Assembly: GCA_051252375.1 (NCBI GenBank)
Contig: JBPOFY010000002.1
Span: 448,001-512,000 of the forward strand
DNA from: Opitutaceae bacterium
GTDB taxonomy: Bacteria > Verrucomicrobiota > Verrucomicrobiia > Opitutales > Coraliomargaritaceae
Direction: 5' to 3'
Length of the DNA stretch: 64,000 nucleotides
A program made the position numbers and the translations under genes. This document shows positions 8,688 through 21,413 of the stretch, one piece after another (position 1 is the stretch's first letter; every line of letters begins with the position of its first letter). The notes beneath the pieces are model-generated. The model was not told the DNA's origin, did no database searches, and saw only the letters and a program-made list of their open reading frames with translations.

Positions 8688-9854
8688 TTAGAATCGTTTC
8701 TTTGGCTTGGACGGCGCCTTAAATCGAGCGGGCGCATTGGGCACCTCAGTTGCGGGTTTGGTCATACCTGGCTTTTTAGGAGGCTCAGGAGCCACTATCC
8801 CGGAGCCTGGTTTGGTAGGCTTCGGTGGCGGTGGCACTGCACGAACCGGCTTTGGTGGTGGCGGTGCCACATCGACAGGCACTTTTTCCATACCTTCTTC
8901 ACTATTTAAAAACTCAATGATTGGATCCACCGCAGGGGCGGTAGGGGCGGCGGTGGTCGCAGGGGCCGCATTTGCCGTTGCACCTTCAGTTGCAGATGCA
9001 GGCTCTTTAATCATCTCATCCGCTGAGGCAATCATCGCCAACCCGGCAATCAGAACGAAGTCAAAAGTAACAAAACTAAAGAGAAAGAGTGCGACATCAG
9101 CACTGAGCACATTGATCACTTTCAAGAACGCGATGATTGGGATGAGCCCGGGCAGGTAAAGCAACGCGTTGATCAACATCTGATCGGAGGTTTCGCGTAG
9201 CTCAGGATGACGCGCCTTGGCGGTCTTAAAAGCAGTCGCAAATCGAGCAATCGGTATAATGAACAAAAAGCCGGATGCTAAACTGATCAAGAGGGCTGCG
9301 TTCGTTTTAATCCCTGAAGCAACTGACAGCATCGCGCAGCCAAAAATCAATGCATAAGCAAACGAATCAAAAACCAGATCTTTGCTTTCCGGTTGCTTAC
9401 TAGGTGCAAGCAAGTGATTCAAAATCACCCCCGCGACGATTCCGAGTGGAATCCAGATAAATACGCTCACCACCAATGGCGCACCGACACTCGGACCGTT
9501 CAAGTAATTGGCATACAAGTAGGTCGTAAAAACACCATGTAATGCAGTCAGAGCAAAGGCGCCGCCTAAAACTTTCGCACCCGTAACAAATCGAGCTTCC
9601 GCAATTTTGCTAGCCTTGCGGAATAGCACCACTGCTGCAAAACCAGCCAAACAGAAACAAAGCACCAGCGAGGCATAGTTGACTGCCTGAAAGGCCGTGA
9701 TGGATTGAGATTCTGCGACAACAGAACTTGCGCTTCCATCTAAAGTAGTGCTAGCGTTTGCAACATCCACCGATGACTCCGGTGCAGGCTGATTTTGAGG
9801 ATCAGCCTTACGAATGGGTGGTATCGGAGTCAGCAGTGAGGCTTTTTCAGACAT
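8688..9854 (-). CDS. 7-TM membrane protein, microbial-rhodopsin-like but lacking the Schiff-base Lys, with Pro-rich C-tail
   Basis: Seven hydrophobic segments; manual alignment to proteorhodopsin helices B, C, F and G. Confidence 0.6.
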   Translation of the reverse strand: MSEKASLLTPIPPIRKADPQNQPAPESSVDVANASTTLDGSASSVVAESQSITAFQAVNYASLVLCFCLAGFAAVVLFRKASKIAEARFVTGAKVLGGAFALTALHGVFTTYLYANYLNGPSVGAPLVVSVFIWIPLGIVAGVILNHLLAPSKQPESKDLVFDSFAYALIFGCAMLSVASGIKTNAALLISLASGFLFIIPIARFATAFKTAKARHPELRETSDQMLINALLYLPGLIPIIAFLKVINVLSADVALFLFSFVTFDFVLIAGLAMIASADEMIKEPASATEGATANAAPATTAAPTAPAVDPIIEFLNSEEGMEKVPVDVAPPPPKPVRAVPPPPKPTKPGSGIVAPEPPKKPGMTKPATEVPNAPARFKAPSKPKKRF

Positions 9855-10127
9855 AAAAGGTTAAATGACAGTAGGAAATAAAAAGGATTGGAGCGCTCGC
9901 ATAATGACGCATCTACCAATAGACGGTAAAGTAGCAAAAAGCGCAAAATACATTTTTTACACTTCCTTGAAGCGATTACATAGATCACATAGATTATATC
10001 GACAAATCATAGGGATTTTACCTTAAATGACTCCTATTGAATCGACTTTTGTAAGTTGTAATTGTATAAAAAACAAGGTCACAGCATGACAAATAACGGC
10101 ATAGATCTATAGAAAGTAGGCAATACC

Positions 10128-10670
10128 ATGTATCCAAGCACATCTACTAGACAACGAAACACACTACTTATCATCCTGTGGGGACTACTTTTCACAAAGT
10201 GCTTTGTCGTCGAATTCCTCGTGCACTACTACGCCGTCCCCATCAATTCGATGCTCTATGTTTGGTCCCTCTCCATCTTCATGGCGACGGTAGCGACGAT
10301 TGTGTATGTAAGACTTCGCATCGAAGAAGGTGGACTCAAAAAAAACTTCCCCCCTCACCTTGCCATCTGGGTGGCTTCATTGATCGGCATGCTCCTAATG
10401 GTCGCCGGCAGTTTCACATTTCCAAATTTCAGCATCATGCAAATTCCCTCGTTCCTTGCAGTGCTACTCGGATTGAGTTATTGCGCACAAGGGCTGATGA
10501 CTAAACGTCTAACCGACATCTTCAGTGCCTTCGGTTGGTGGCTCGGCGCCTCCATGTTGTTTCGACAAGTCGACCTGTATGGCCTACTCACCTTCGCATT
10601 CTGTATTATTCTATTTACGGTGTTACCGGCATTATTGAACCTGATCGCACTGAGAAAAGCTCAAGCATAA
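10128..10670 (+). CDS. Hypothetical integral membrane protein (~6 TM)
   Basis: Hydrophobic segments throughout; divergent from the 7-TM operon. Confidence 0.75.
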   Translation: MYPSTSTRQRNTLLIILWGLLFTKCFVVEFLVHYYAVPINSMLYVWSLSIFMATVATIVYVRLRIEEGGLKKNFPPHLAIWVASLIGMLLMVAGSFTFPNFSIMQIPSFLAVLLGLSYCAQGLMTKRLTDIFSAFGWWLGASMLFRQVDLYGLLTFAFCIILFTVLPALLNLIALRKAQA

Positions 10671-10747
10671 GCGGACATCCCGCCAATTCTTAGCCGAAAT
10701 AGAAAAGTAGCTGGACGGCATCCCTCGCATGATCAAGCTGTCGGCAT

Positions 10748-11641
10748 ATGTCTACGGGTTTAGATGCGGTTTACGATGAGCTTAAGCGCCTACAAAAGGA
10801 AGGGCTCGATCGCGTCTACATAAACGATTCGACCGCTTCGCTACTCAAACCCGTCGAACCTAAGGTCATACCAGTCAAACAGATCAGTGCGCAGGACACT
10901 GCAGCCTTGGCAGATCTGATTGATAAGCCGACTCCACGCGCCGAAGCAGCCAAACCGACAATCAGCGTGGTCGAGATCGACCCCTTGCCGGAGGCCCCGA
11001 CGATTCAGTTGCCGGACGACGCCCCCATCGCACAATTGAAATGGCTTGAGGATAGCGTCCGGAACTGTGCCACTTGCAACGAACGCAAAAACGAGGACGA
11101 GCAACTCGTCTTCGGCAACGGTGCAATTGATGCCGACATTCTATTCTGCGGTGAGGCTCCCGGCACTGACGAAGCCATGAGCGGACTCCCATTCGTAGGC
11201 GCTGCCGGACAGTTACTAGACAAAATCATCAAGGCGATGGGCTTGGATCGCGAAAAGGTCTATTGCACCAATATTTTAAAGTGGCGCCCGAAAAACGATA
11301 AGCCCTACGGCAACCGTCCACCCACTCAAGATGAGATGGCGTTCTGCCTGCCCTACCTGCAGGCTCAACTCGACATCATTCAACCGAAGGTAATCGTGGC
11401 ACTGGGCAACAATACAGTGGGCGGTCTACTCGGAGAAGATGCCAAACGAAAATTTGGAAGCCTTCGCGGGCAATGGGACACCTTTCATGGTATCCCACTC
11501 ATGATCACCTTCCACCCTTCCTATCTACAGCGTAACGACACCCTCAAAACCAAGCGCATGGCATGGGAGGATCTCTTAGCAGTGATGGGGAAAGTCGACC
11601 TTCCGATTAGCGAAAAACAACAAGGCTACTTTTTAAAGTAA
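10748..11641 (+). CDS. Uracil-DNA glycosylase family 4
   Basis: CATC, GEAPG, PFVG, NRPP, FHPSY motifs. Confidence 0.93.
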   Translation: MSTGLDAVYDELKRLQKEGLDRVYINDSTASLLKPVEPKVIPVKQISAQDTAALADLIDKPTPRAEAAKPTISVVEIDPLPEAPTIQLPDDAPIAQLKWLEDSVRNCATCNERKNEDEQLVFGNGAIDADILFCGEAPGTDEAMSGLPFVGAAGQLLDKIIKAMGLDREKVYCTNILKWRPKNDKPYGNRPPTQDEMAFCLPYLQAQLDIIQPKVIVALGNNTVGGLLGEDAKRKFGSLRGQWDTFHGIPLMITFHPSYLQRNDTLKTKRMAWEDLLAVMGKVDLPISEKQQGYFLK

Positions 11642-11650
11642 GCCTCGGGC

Positions 11651-12073
11651 ATGATGCGAAATAAATTCCTATTCGCCCTATTTTTCACACTAATCACTTC
11701 CACCACTTGGGCATGCAATGATCGTGACGATGATCCTGAATTTGTAAGACTTGAGCGGATCGTGCTTGAAAAAGCAGAAACCCAATCTGAAATGAATCAA
11801 GCATCTGCGGAGCTTGCTCATCACACTGACAAGCAACTTGCACAACTGGAAGCGGCTATCCTGAAAGAGCTTGATCAGCCGAGGCGAGAGGCTTTCCAAA
11901 AATCATGCACGACTTGGCGAGCGTTCAGAAAAACAGTTATTGATTTAGCTGGGATGCAGCACAAAGGAGGTTCTATAGAGCCTTTGGATCGTCATCTATC
12001 CCATGCGTATTGCACAAAAAGACGAATCAAAGAACTCAAAGCTTACAACCAATACAAAAGCGACGAAGGTTGA
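11651..12073 (+). CDS. LprI/DUF1311-like secreted protein
   Basis: Signal peptide, TQSEMN, WRAFR, GGSIEPL, TKRRIKEL pattern. Confidence 0.7.
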   Translation: MMRNKFLFALFFTLITSTTWACNDRDDDPEFVRLERIVLEKAETQSEMNQASAELAHHTDKQLAQLEAAILKELDQPRREAFQKSCTTWRAFRKTVIDLAGMQHKGGSIEPLDRHLSHAYCTKRRIKELKAYNQYKSDEG

Positions 12074-12141
12074 TGCATCACAAAGCAGGATGGGATAATT
12101 CCGTCCGTGCCTCACTCCCTGCCTACCTTTCACATTCCCAA

Positions 12142-14637
<2,496 letters not shown>

Positions 14638-14660
14638 AAATATATTGGTAGTTTATAGGG

Positions 14661-15749
14661 CTAGTCGCTTTCACCCACCTTGTCAAAAGACAGAGGCGGA
14701 AGATTGGAAAATTCTTTGCGTAGTTTGTCTGCGCGGGCCAAATCGCGTGTCTCAGGATCAATGTCCACATTCGCTGCGTATTGGATATGACCGGGCTGAC
14801 ATTCAATGAAGAGCCGGTCCACATCGGAACGGTTCGATTCGGGCAACATTTTAAAATCCACAGCAAGACGCATCAGTGACAGCAAGTTCATTGCCTCATT
14901 CGACGAAATCACATGAACATTCTGCAAAACACCAAATGCACGCCCGATTTTGTCCAACATCTGCGCACGGTTGCTTTCCAAATACTTAAAGCGCGCATTC
15001 AGTTCATGATCGATGATCGTCTTTAGCACGTTGCCCAAACGATTCATAATCTCCCCTTCTGATTCACCAAGTGTCTGTTGATTCGAAATCTGAAAGACAT
15101 GCCCAGTCGCATCCGATCCTTCACCAAATAGACCACGCACCGTGATGCCCAATTGATTGACTGCACGAATCACGCGCTCCATGTGCTCAGCGATCACCAG
15201 TCCAGGCAGATGCATCATAACCGAAGCTCGTAGCCCAGTCCCTAGATTGGTGGGGCATGCGGTTAAAAAGCCAAATTCCGGCGAAAATGCCACGTCCAAG
15301 GTTTTTTCCAAATCACTGTCAAAATGATCAATCTGCTTCCAAATTGAATTCAAATTAAAGCCCGTCTTCAGAAATTGAATACGAAGATGGTCTTCCTCGT
15401 TAATCATCACAGAGCAAGTCTGCTCCTTATTGATAAAGACTCCTGAGCCCTGCTCGCTCTCGCAAAGTTCGCGACTGATCAAATGACGCTCCACCAAAAC
15501 TTGCTTTTCTAGGTCAGAAAGTTCGGAAACCTCAAAAAAAGCACCGTTTTTCATATGCTTCAGTTCACAAATTTGATCGACGCACCTAGACATGATGTCA
15601 CTGCGCTGTGCCGATGTGGCACGCTCCGGGAAAGGTGTGTCCGCAAGGTTTCGAGCCAATCGCACGCGAGTGCTCAAGACGACGGGAGCCCCTTTCTTGG
15701 TGTTTTGGGTGAGTTCCGCGCTGTCACTCTTAATGATGGATTCGATCAT
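14661..15749 (-). CDS. mcsB: Protein-arginine kinase McsB
   Basis: STRVRLARN, NEEDHLR, CPTNLGTG, QISNQQTLG. Confidence 0.95.
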   Translation of the reverse strand: MIESIIKSDSAELTQNTKKGAPVVLSTRVRLARNLADTPFPERATSAQRSDIMSRCVDQICELKHMKNGAFFEVSELSDLEKQVLVERHLISRELCESEQGSGVFINKEQTCSVMINEEDHLRIQFLKTGFNLNSIWKQIDHFDSDLEKTLDVAFSPEFGFLTACPTNLGTGLRASVMMHLPGLVIAEHMERVIRAVNQLGITVRGLFGEGSDATGHVFQISNQQTLGESEGEIMNRLGNVLKTIIDHELNARFKYLESNRAQMLDKIGRAFGVLQNVHVISSNEAMNLLSLMRLAVDFKMLPESNRSDVDRLFIECQPGHIQYAANVDIDPETRDLARADKLRKEFSNLPPLSFDKVGESD

Positions 15750-16258
15750 GCTTGGGACACCTCCAGCTCAGCAACAGCTTGCTCCATCTCTTTAATTTGA
15801 TCCCGATACATGGCGGCATCTTCGTAGGCTTCTGCTGCAATAGCACGGGCCAATGCATCTTTTAAACCCTGCAACTGCGCTTGGCTATTCTGCCGCGTCA
15901 AAGCCATCTCAGGCACCTTACCTTGGTGCGAAGTGCCCACGTGCATATCTTCCAATACAGGACGAATGACGTCTGCAAAGACCTCAAAACAAGCGGCACA
16001 GCCGAGACGTCCCGTCCGGCGGAAGTCCGCCGTTTGCATACCACAATTCGGACAGCTCAACTGTGTTTCATTGCCCTCGGGCGTGAAAGTCGTCTTCGAC
16101 AACAAATCAGCGAGTGAAAATCCTTGAGGATCGGTCACTCCCTTCTTTTGCGCACACGATTCGCAAAGATCCACCTTATGAATCTTGTTATTAACGATTT
16201 GTGTAAGGTGGACAGTCGCTTCCTTGTTACAATTACTGCACTTCAGATGATCAGCCAT
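15746..16258 (-). CDS. mcsA: McsA (CxxC pairs plus UvrB/C coiled coil)
   Basis: Four CxxC motifs, GRLGC, HQGKVP, EAYEDAAMYRD; directly upstream of mcsB. Confidence 0.92.
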   Translation of the reverse strand: MADHLKCSNCNKEATVHLTQIVNNKIHKVDLCESCAQKKGVTDPQGFSLADLLSKTTFTPEGNETQLSCPNCGMQTADFRRTGRLGCAACFEVFADVIRPVLEDMHVGTSHQGKVPEMALTRQNSQAQLQGLKDALARAIAAEAYEDAAMYRDQIKEMEQAVAELEVSQA

Positions 16259-16415
16259 GGTTTAATAATATGAATGCACGGATAGATCGCAAAGCAAAAG
16301 CATAAATTGCTCACACTCGACGACAAATCAACGCGCGGTTAACGTCTTTTTGACACTTCTTCGCAGATAATGTGCCAATTCCGGCAGAGGCTGCCAGTCT
16401 GTGGACCACTCCAAG

Positions 16416-17282
16416 TTATAGCATGGTGCCCTCGCTGACGACGCGACGACGGAAACTCTCGAGGAATTTAGCTGTAATCGGTCCCGGTTTTCCGTCGCCA
16501 ATCGGGCGTGCGTCGACCTCCACAATGGGCACAATCTCAGCAGCCGTCCCGGTAAGGAAAAGCTCATCTGCGACCCAGACGTCGTAACGAGTCATATTCG
16601 CCTCGCGCCATGGAATGCCGAGTTCATCGGCAATAGCCAAAGCCGTATCGCGGGTAATGCCCTTCAAGGCACCCGCACTGGCAGATGGAGTGATCAACTC
16701 ACCCTTATGAATGATAAATATATTGTCGCCCGTGCACTCGGCCACGTAGCCCTGATCATTCAACATGATCGCCTCATGATAGCCCAAATGCTGAGCCTCA
16801 ATCTTCGCGAGGATGTTGTTCAAATAATTCAACGATTTCACCGTTGGTGGTAACGCCGCTGGATTACAGCGACGCGTGGGCACCGTGATGATCTTCAAGC
16901 CATTCTCGTAGAATTCCTGTGGGTAGAGTTGGATCGTATCCGCGATGATGATCAACTGCGGGGTATCACAATTCTTGATCGAAAGCCCAAGACTACCGAC
17001 GCCACGTGTAATGACCAAGCGGATATAACCGTTCTCCAAACCATTCGCACGGCATGTTTCACAAACCGCGTCGGAAATCTCCTGACGCGACCATGGCATT
17101 TTCAGCATGATCGCCTTGGCAGAATACTCCAAACGCTCCAAGTGCTCATCGAGTTTAAAGACACAACCGTTGTAGAGACGAATCCCCTCAAAGATACCGT
17201 CACCATACAATAAACCATGATCGAAAACCGAGACCTTCGCCTCGCTCTGATCGACCAAACCATCATTCATGTAAATTTTCAT
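16416..17282 (-). CDS. ilvE: Branched-chain amino acid aminotransferase
   Basis: LLYGDGIFEG, KSLNY, GITR, GTAAEIVP. Confidence 0.93.
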   Translation of the reverse strand: MKIYMNDGLVDQSEAKVSVFDHGLLYGDGIFEGIRLYNGCVFKLDEHLERLEYSAKAIMLKMPWSRQEISDAVCETCRANGLENGYIRLVITRGVGSLGLSIKNCDTPQLIIIADTIQLYPQEFYENGLKIITVPTRRCNPAALPPTVKSLNYLNNILAKIEAQHLGYHEAIMLNDQGYVAECTGDNIFIIHKGELITPSASAGALKGITRDTALAIADELGIPWREANMTRYDVWVADELFLTGTAAEIVPIVEVDARPIGDGKPGPITAKFLESFRRRVVSEGTML

Positions 17283-17385
17283 AAAGTGCGTGGATGATGA
17301 AGGCTCTTTTCGTTTTGTCTAGTCTTCATAGCCAAGGATTTTCCCTAAAATGTGACGACCGCAAAGGCCGAGAAGGTTGAAGCAT

Positions 17386-19350
17386 TTAGCTTTTTAAAAA
17401 CTGCACCTGCAATTCTTCGACAACACCAGGATCGGCCAAGGTAGTGGTATTGCCCAACTCCTTGCCTTCCGCGATGTCACGAAGGATACGGCGCATGATT
17501 TTACCGGACCGAGTCTTCGGCAAGTCTGAGGAAAAGAGGATGCGTTCAGGACGAGCAAACTTACCAATGCTCTTATCGATCATCGCCACCAACTCTTTGC
17601 GAAGATGGTCATCATGGTCGCGCCCCTCAATCACAGTGACAAAGGCGATCAAGCCCTGCCCCTTAATCTCGTGCGGCACACCGACCACGGCGGACTCTGC
17701 AACGTCCTTATGCTCCACAAAAACACTTTCAAGCTCTGCCGTGCCAATGCGGTGACCGGAAACATTCACCACGTCATCCACGCGACCTAAGATCCAGATG
17801 TAGTCGTGTTCATCACGACGCGCGCCATCCCCGGGGAAGTAGTATTTACCACCCCACTTACACCAATAGGTATCCTTAAATCGCTGCGGGTCTCCATAGA
17901 TACCACGAAGCATACCGGGCCATGGTTTCTTGATCGCTAGAATGCCGGCTTCGACTTCCTCGCCATCATCCGTCAAAATCGCTGGCTCGACACCAAAGAA
18001 TGGCACGGACGCACACCCGGGCTTCGTCGGTGTTGCGCCGGGCATCGGCGTGAGCATGTGCCCTCCAGTCTCGGTCTGCCACCAGGTATCCACAATCGGG
18101 CAACGTTCCGCACCGATCATTTTGTGATACCAGATCCAAGCTTCCGGATTGATCGGCTCACCCACCGTGCCAAGGAGACGAAGCGAGGAAAGATCACGTC
18201 CAGTCACCCACTTGTCACCCCACTTCATGAATGCGCGAATTGCAGTCGGTGCGGTATAAAAAATCGAAACTTTGTATTTCTCAATGATCTCCCAGAAACG
18301 CCCCTCGTCTGGATGGTTCGGTGCGCCTTCATACATCACCTGCGTGACACCATTTTGCAAAATACCATACACAATATAAGTGTGGCCGGTGATCCAACCC
18401 ACGTCAGCCGTGCACCAGTAAACATCGTCTGGTTTCAAATCGAAAACATACTTCGAAGTCAGATAACTGAAAACTTGGTAACCAGCCGTGGTGTGCATAA
18501 TGCCCTTCGGCTTGCCAGTCGTGCCACTTGTGTAGAGCAAGAAGAGCAAATCTTCGGCCTCCATTTCCTCGGCAGGGCAATCATCGCTGACATCAGCCAC
18601 GAGCTCATGATACCACGAATCACGACCGTCCTGCATCGGACAATCCACAGGGTGGTCATCTCCGCGCTTTACGACGATCACGTCTTTCACGCAAGCACAA
18701 CTAGCCACGCCTTCGTCGACGATCTTCTTCAACTCTAGCATCTTACCTCGGCGATAACCACCGTCACCGGTGATCACCATGCAGGTCTCACTATCGAGCA
18801 CACGGTCACGGATCGAATCAGCCGAAAAACCAGCAAAAATCACCGAATGCACCGCCCCGATTCTCGCACATGCAAGCACCGCAACGGCGAGTTCCGGAAT
18901 CATGGGCAGATAAATCGCCACGCGGTCACCTTTTTGCAAACCACGCGCCTTCAAAGCATTCGCAAACCGACAGACTTCAAGATGCAGCTGTTTGTAAGTC
19001 AGATCGCGGGTATCACCGGGCTCACCTTCCCAATGGATGGCTACTTTATCACCAAGGCCTGCCTCGATATTTCGATCCAAGCAATTGTAGGACAAATTCG
19101 TGCGACTGCCATCATACCATTTATAAAATGGCGCATTCGAAGCATCCAATACCGAATCCCACGGCTTGAACCAATGCAGGTCCTGAGCGGCCTCAGCCCA
19201 AAAACCCTCTGGGTCTTCTAAACTCTTAGCATACATCGCCTTATAGGCATCCATACCCGAGATGTGGGCGTTTTCGACAAATTCTGAGGTTGGCGGGAAA
19301 AGGCGATTTTCGTGAGAAACCGACTCCATTGAAGAGGATTCGTTGGACAT
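17386..19350 (-). CDS. acs: Acetyl-CoA synthetase
   Basis: YTSGTTGKPKG, DTWWQTETG, PKTRSGKIMRR. Confidence 0.97.
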   Translation of the reverse strand: MSNESSSMESVSHENRLFPPTSEFVENAHISGMDAYKAMYAKSLEDPEGFWAEAAQDLHWFKPWDSVLDASNAPFYKWYDGSRTNLSYNCLDRNIEAGLGDKVAIHWEGEPGDTRDLTYKQLHLEVCRFANALKARGLQKGDRVAIYLPMIPELAVAVLACARIGAVHSVIFAGFSADSIRDRVLDSETCMVITGDGGYRRGKMLELKKIVDEGVASCACVKDVIVVKRGDDHPVDCPMQDGRDSWYHELVADVSDDCPAEEMEAEDLLFLLYTSGTTGKPKGIMHTTAGYQVFSYLTSKYVFDLKPDDVYWCTADVGWITGHTYIVYGILQNGVTQVMYEGAPNHPDEGRFWEIIEKYKVSIFYTAPTAIRAFMKWGDKWVTGRDLSSLRLLGTVGEPINPEAWIWYHKMIGAERCPIVDTWWQTETGGHMLTPMPGATPTKPGCASVPFFGVEPAILTDDGEEVEAGILAIKKPWPGMLRGIYGDPQRFKDTYWCKWGGKYYFPGDGARRDEHDYIWILGRVDDVVNVSGHRIGTAELESVFVEHKDVAESAVVGVPHEIKGQGLIAFVTVIEGRDHDDHLRKELVAMIDKSIGKFARPERILFSSDLPKTRSGKIMRRILRDIAEGKELGNTTTLADPGVVEELQVQFLKS

Positions 19351-19562
19351 AATTTCAGATAATAATACAGAGATTAATAGTAGCTAACAGCGCGCCTAAT
19401 AGACAAAATAGCCAATCCACAGGGCTGAACAGGTCAATGCCATACACTCAAGAAAAGCAAAATTCAAGCCGTGTTGAAGGTCTAACTCAAAAGCTGTTGA
19501 CAACACGTTCTCAAAAAAGCATCAAAGCCTGTTCTACGCGCCACAAGGGGCGCACATAAATA

Positions 19563-21338
19563 ATGGATAATTTTGCAGACCAATGCCTCGACATGGCCCA
19601 GTCAATTCTGGGACATAATTTAGAATCAATCAGCGAACAGGGAGCAATCACTCCTGTTGCTGGAGAAGACAGCCGCTTTGACGAACCAGGCCACGCCGCA
19701 CTCGCTATGGGCGAGTATTATCGTGCGACCAATGAGACGACTCTCGGCGACTACGACTTGATTGATCTCACCGCTCGTTGCGTCACTGCACAAGCGTTCG
19801 CGACAGAAGAACATGAAAATGGTCTCGCATACGCTGCACTCGGACTGCTGTCCTTTGGTCCTGCCAAAGACCGCAACCAAGTTTGGGAACGCCTCATGGA
19901 CCCCACACGCGAGCAACTCGACAAGCTCCTGCTTGAGCGTAGCGACTACGACAACCACTATCAAAGTTTCAACATCGCTAAGGCGGTCACTCGCTTCAGC
20001 CTCGGTCTTTCCAAGAAAGACGAAACCGGTCGCTTGATCGACCGCTTCCTTGAACGCATCGAATCCAGCTCATCTACTGGCTACTTCGACGATTCTTCAA
20101 ACGGCGAAGGCAAACTCAACGGAGCTTTCGACATCTACGGTGTTCACAGTTTCGTATTCATCCGTCAAGCGCTGCAACTTCACGCGAATCTGCACTTACG
20201 TGAGCGTAAGCTTCCAAGCCTTCGCACTTATTCGGAAAAATATCTCAAACTCATCCCTGACATCGCCCGTCAAGACGGCGCAGGATGGGCCTATGGTCGT
20301 TCACTCGGCGCCTATGGTCAGATGCACTGCATCAGCCTCACACTGCAAGCCCTCCGTGATGGTTGGGTGGCTCCGGCTCAACGCGATCTCTACACAGATG
20401 CAGTTCGTCGTTTGTTCATGAACTTCTTCGTGACTTACCTCGATCAAGAGCATGGCTACCTCGTCATTCGTGATAATGAGCGCAATACTGTGCCTTACCA
20501 CACGACTCGCATGGCCAACTTTGACGCCGCACGCTACCTCTGCCAATGGGCACGTCTCGCTCGCGCGACCGGTGGCAATGCAGCACCTGCCGCTCCCGTT
20601 CCACCACGCAAAGTGGCACGTTATGTCAGCTTCGACAAGAGCAGCAAAAAGGAGCAAGGTCTCTTCGTTTACCAAGATCCTTCTTCTGGTCTCGCAATTC
20701 AATTGCCGCTTATCGCATCCAGCCAAGCAGGCAAAGGCACTTCCGACTACTTGGCATTCCCACACTCACCGGGTGTGTTTGACTGGCCGGTCGACAAATA
20801 TGTGCCGATTATGATGCCCGAACTCACCTTCGGCGATAAAGTCATCGTCCCCTCTTTCTACGGAAAGAACTGCACCACCAGTATGGGACTGCGCAACGCA
20901 CTGAATTTCAAATACGATCAACCCGAGCTCATTACCAAAGACGAAGAACTCGTCCCCGGTCTCGGCAGTTGCAAAGTAACTTGGTCCTTCCAAGGCGGTA
21001 AGATCGGCTGTGAGTTCTGTTTCACCGTGAAACAACAAGTGCAACTCGACAAGATGCGCTACGTCCTAGCCATTGCAGCACCACACAGCCAATATCGCGT
21101 CGCGACAGCCTTCACGCTTGGTGAAGAGGGACACCGCACCGAAGTCATCAAAGATGATTTCCACGCTGAATGGAAAGAGCTTGAAGTCGTGACCGACAAT
21201 CCGGATTACCGCACTTACTACGGCAACATGCACTACTTGCAAATCCTCGAGCGCGATCACCCATTGATCATGCGCCCGGGCACACAGTATCGCCTAGCCC
21301 TGTCCTTCGAGCCAGACATCACTTTCGCAGACGAGTAA
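19563..21338 (+). CDS. Hypothetical 591-aa soluble protein
   Basis: Long ORF with host-like codon usage; helical N-half, beta-rich C-half. Confidence 0.85.
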   Translation: MDNFADQCLDMAQSILGHNLESISEQGAITPVAGEDSRFDEPGHAALAMGEYYRATNETTLGDYDLIDLTARCVTAQAFATEEHENGLAYAALGLLSFGPAKDRNQVWERLMDPTREQLDKLLLERSDYDNHYQSFNIAKAVTRFSLGLSKKDETGRLIDRFLERIESSSSTGYFDDSSNGEGKLNGAFDIYGVHSFVFIRQALQLHANLHLRERKLPSLRTYSEKYLKLIPDIARQDGAGWAYGRSLGAYGQMHCISLTLQALRDGWVAPAQRDLYTDAVRRLFMNFFVTYLDQEHGYLVIRDNERNTVPYHTTRMANFDAARYLCQWARLARATGGNAAPAAPVPPRKVARYVSFDKSSKKEQGLFVYQDPSSGLAIQLPLIASSQAGKGTSDYLAFPHSPGVFDWPVDKYVPIMMPELTFGDKVIVPSFYGKNCTTSMGLRNALNFKYDQPELITKDEELVPGLGSCKVTWSFQGGKIGCEFCFTVKQQVQLDKMRYVLAIAAPHSQYRVATAFTLGEEGHRTEVIKDDFHAEWKELEVVTDNPDYRTYYGNMHYLQILERDHPLIMRPGTQYRLALSFEPDITFADE

Positions 21339-21413
21339 TTGAAGTTGATTGTTGTTGGTTGAAAATTGCTAGATATTCGCAGTCTAACAAACCACAACAA
21401 ACAACCCGCAACC

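Noticed and set aside
8688..9854. Functional light-driven proton pump
   Set aside because: No helix-G Lys or helix-C counter-ion, and no retinal synthesis genes in the window
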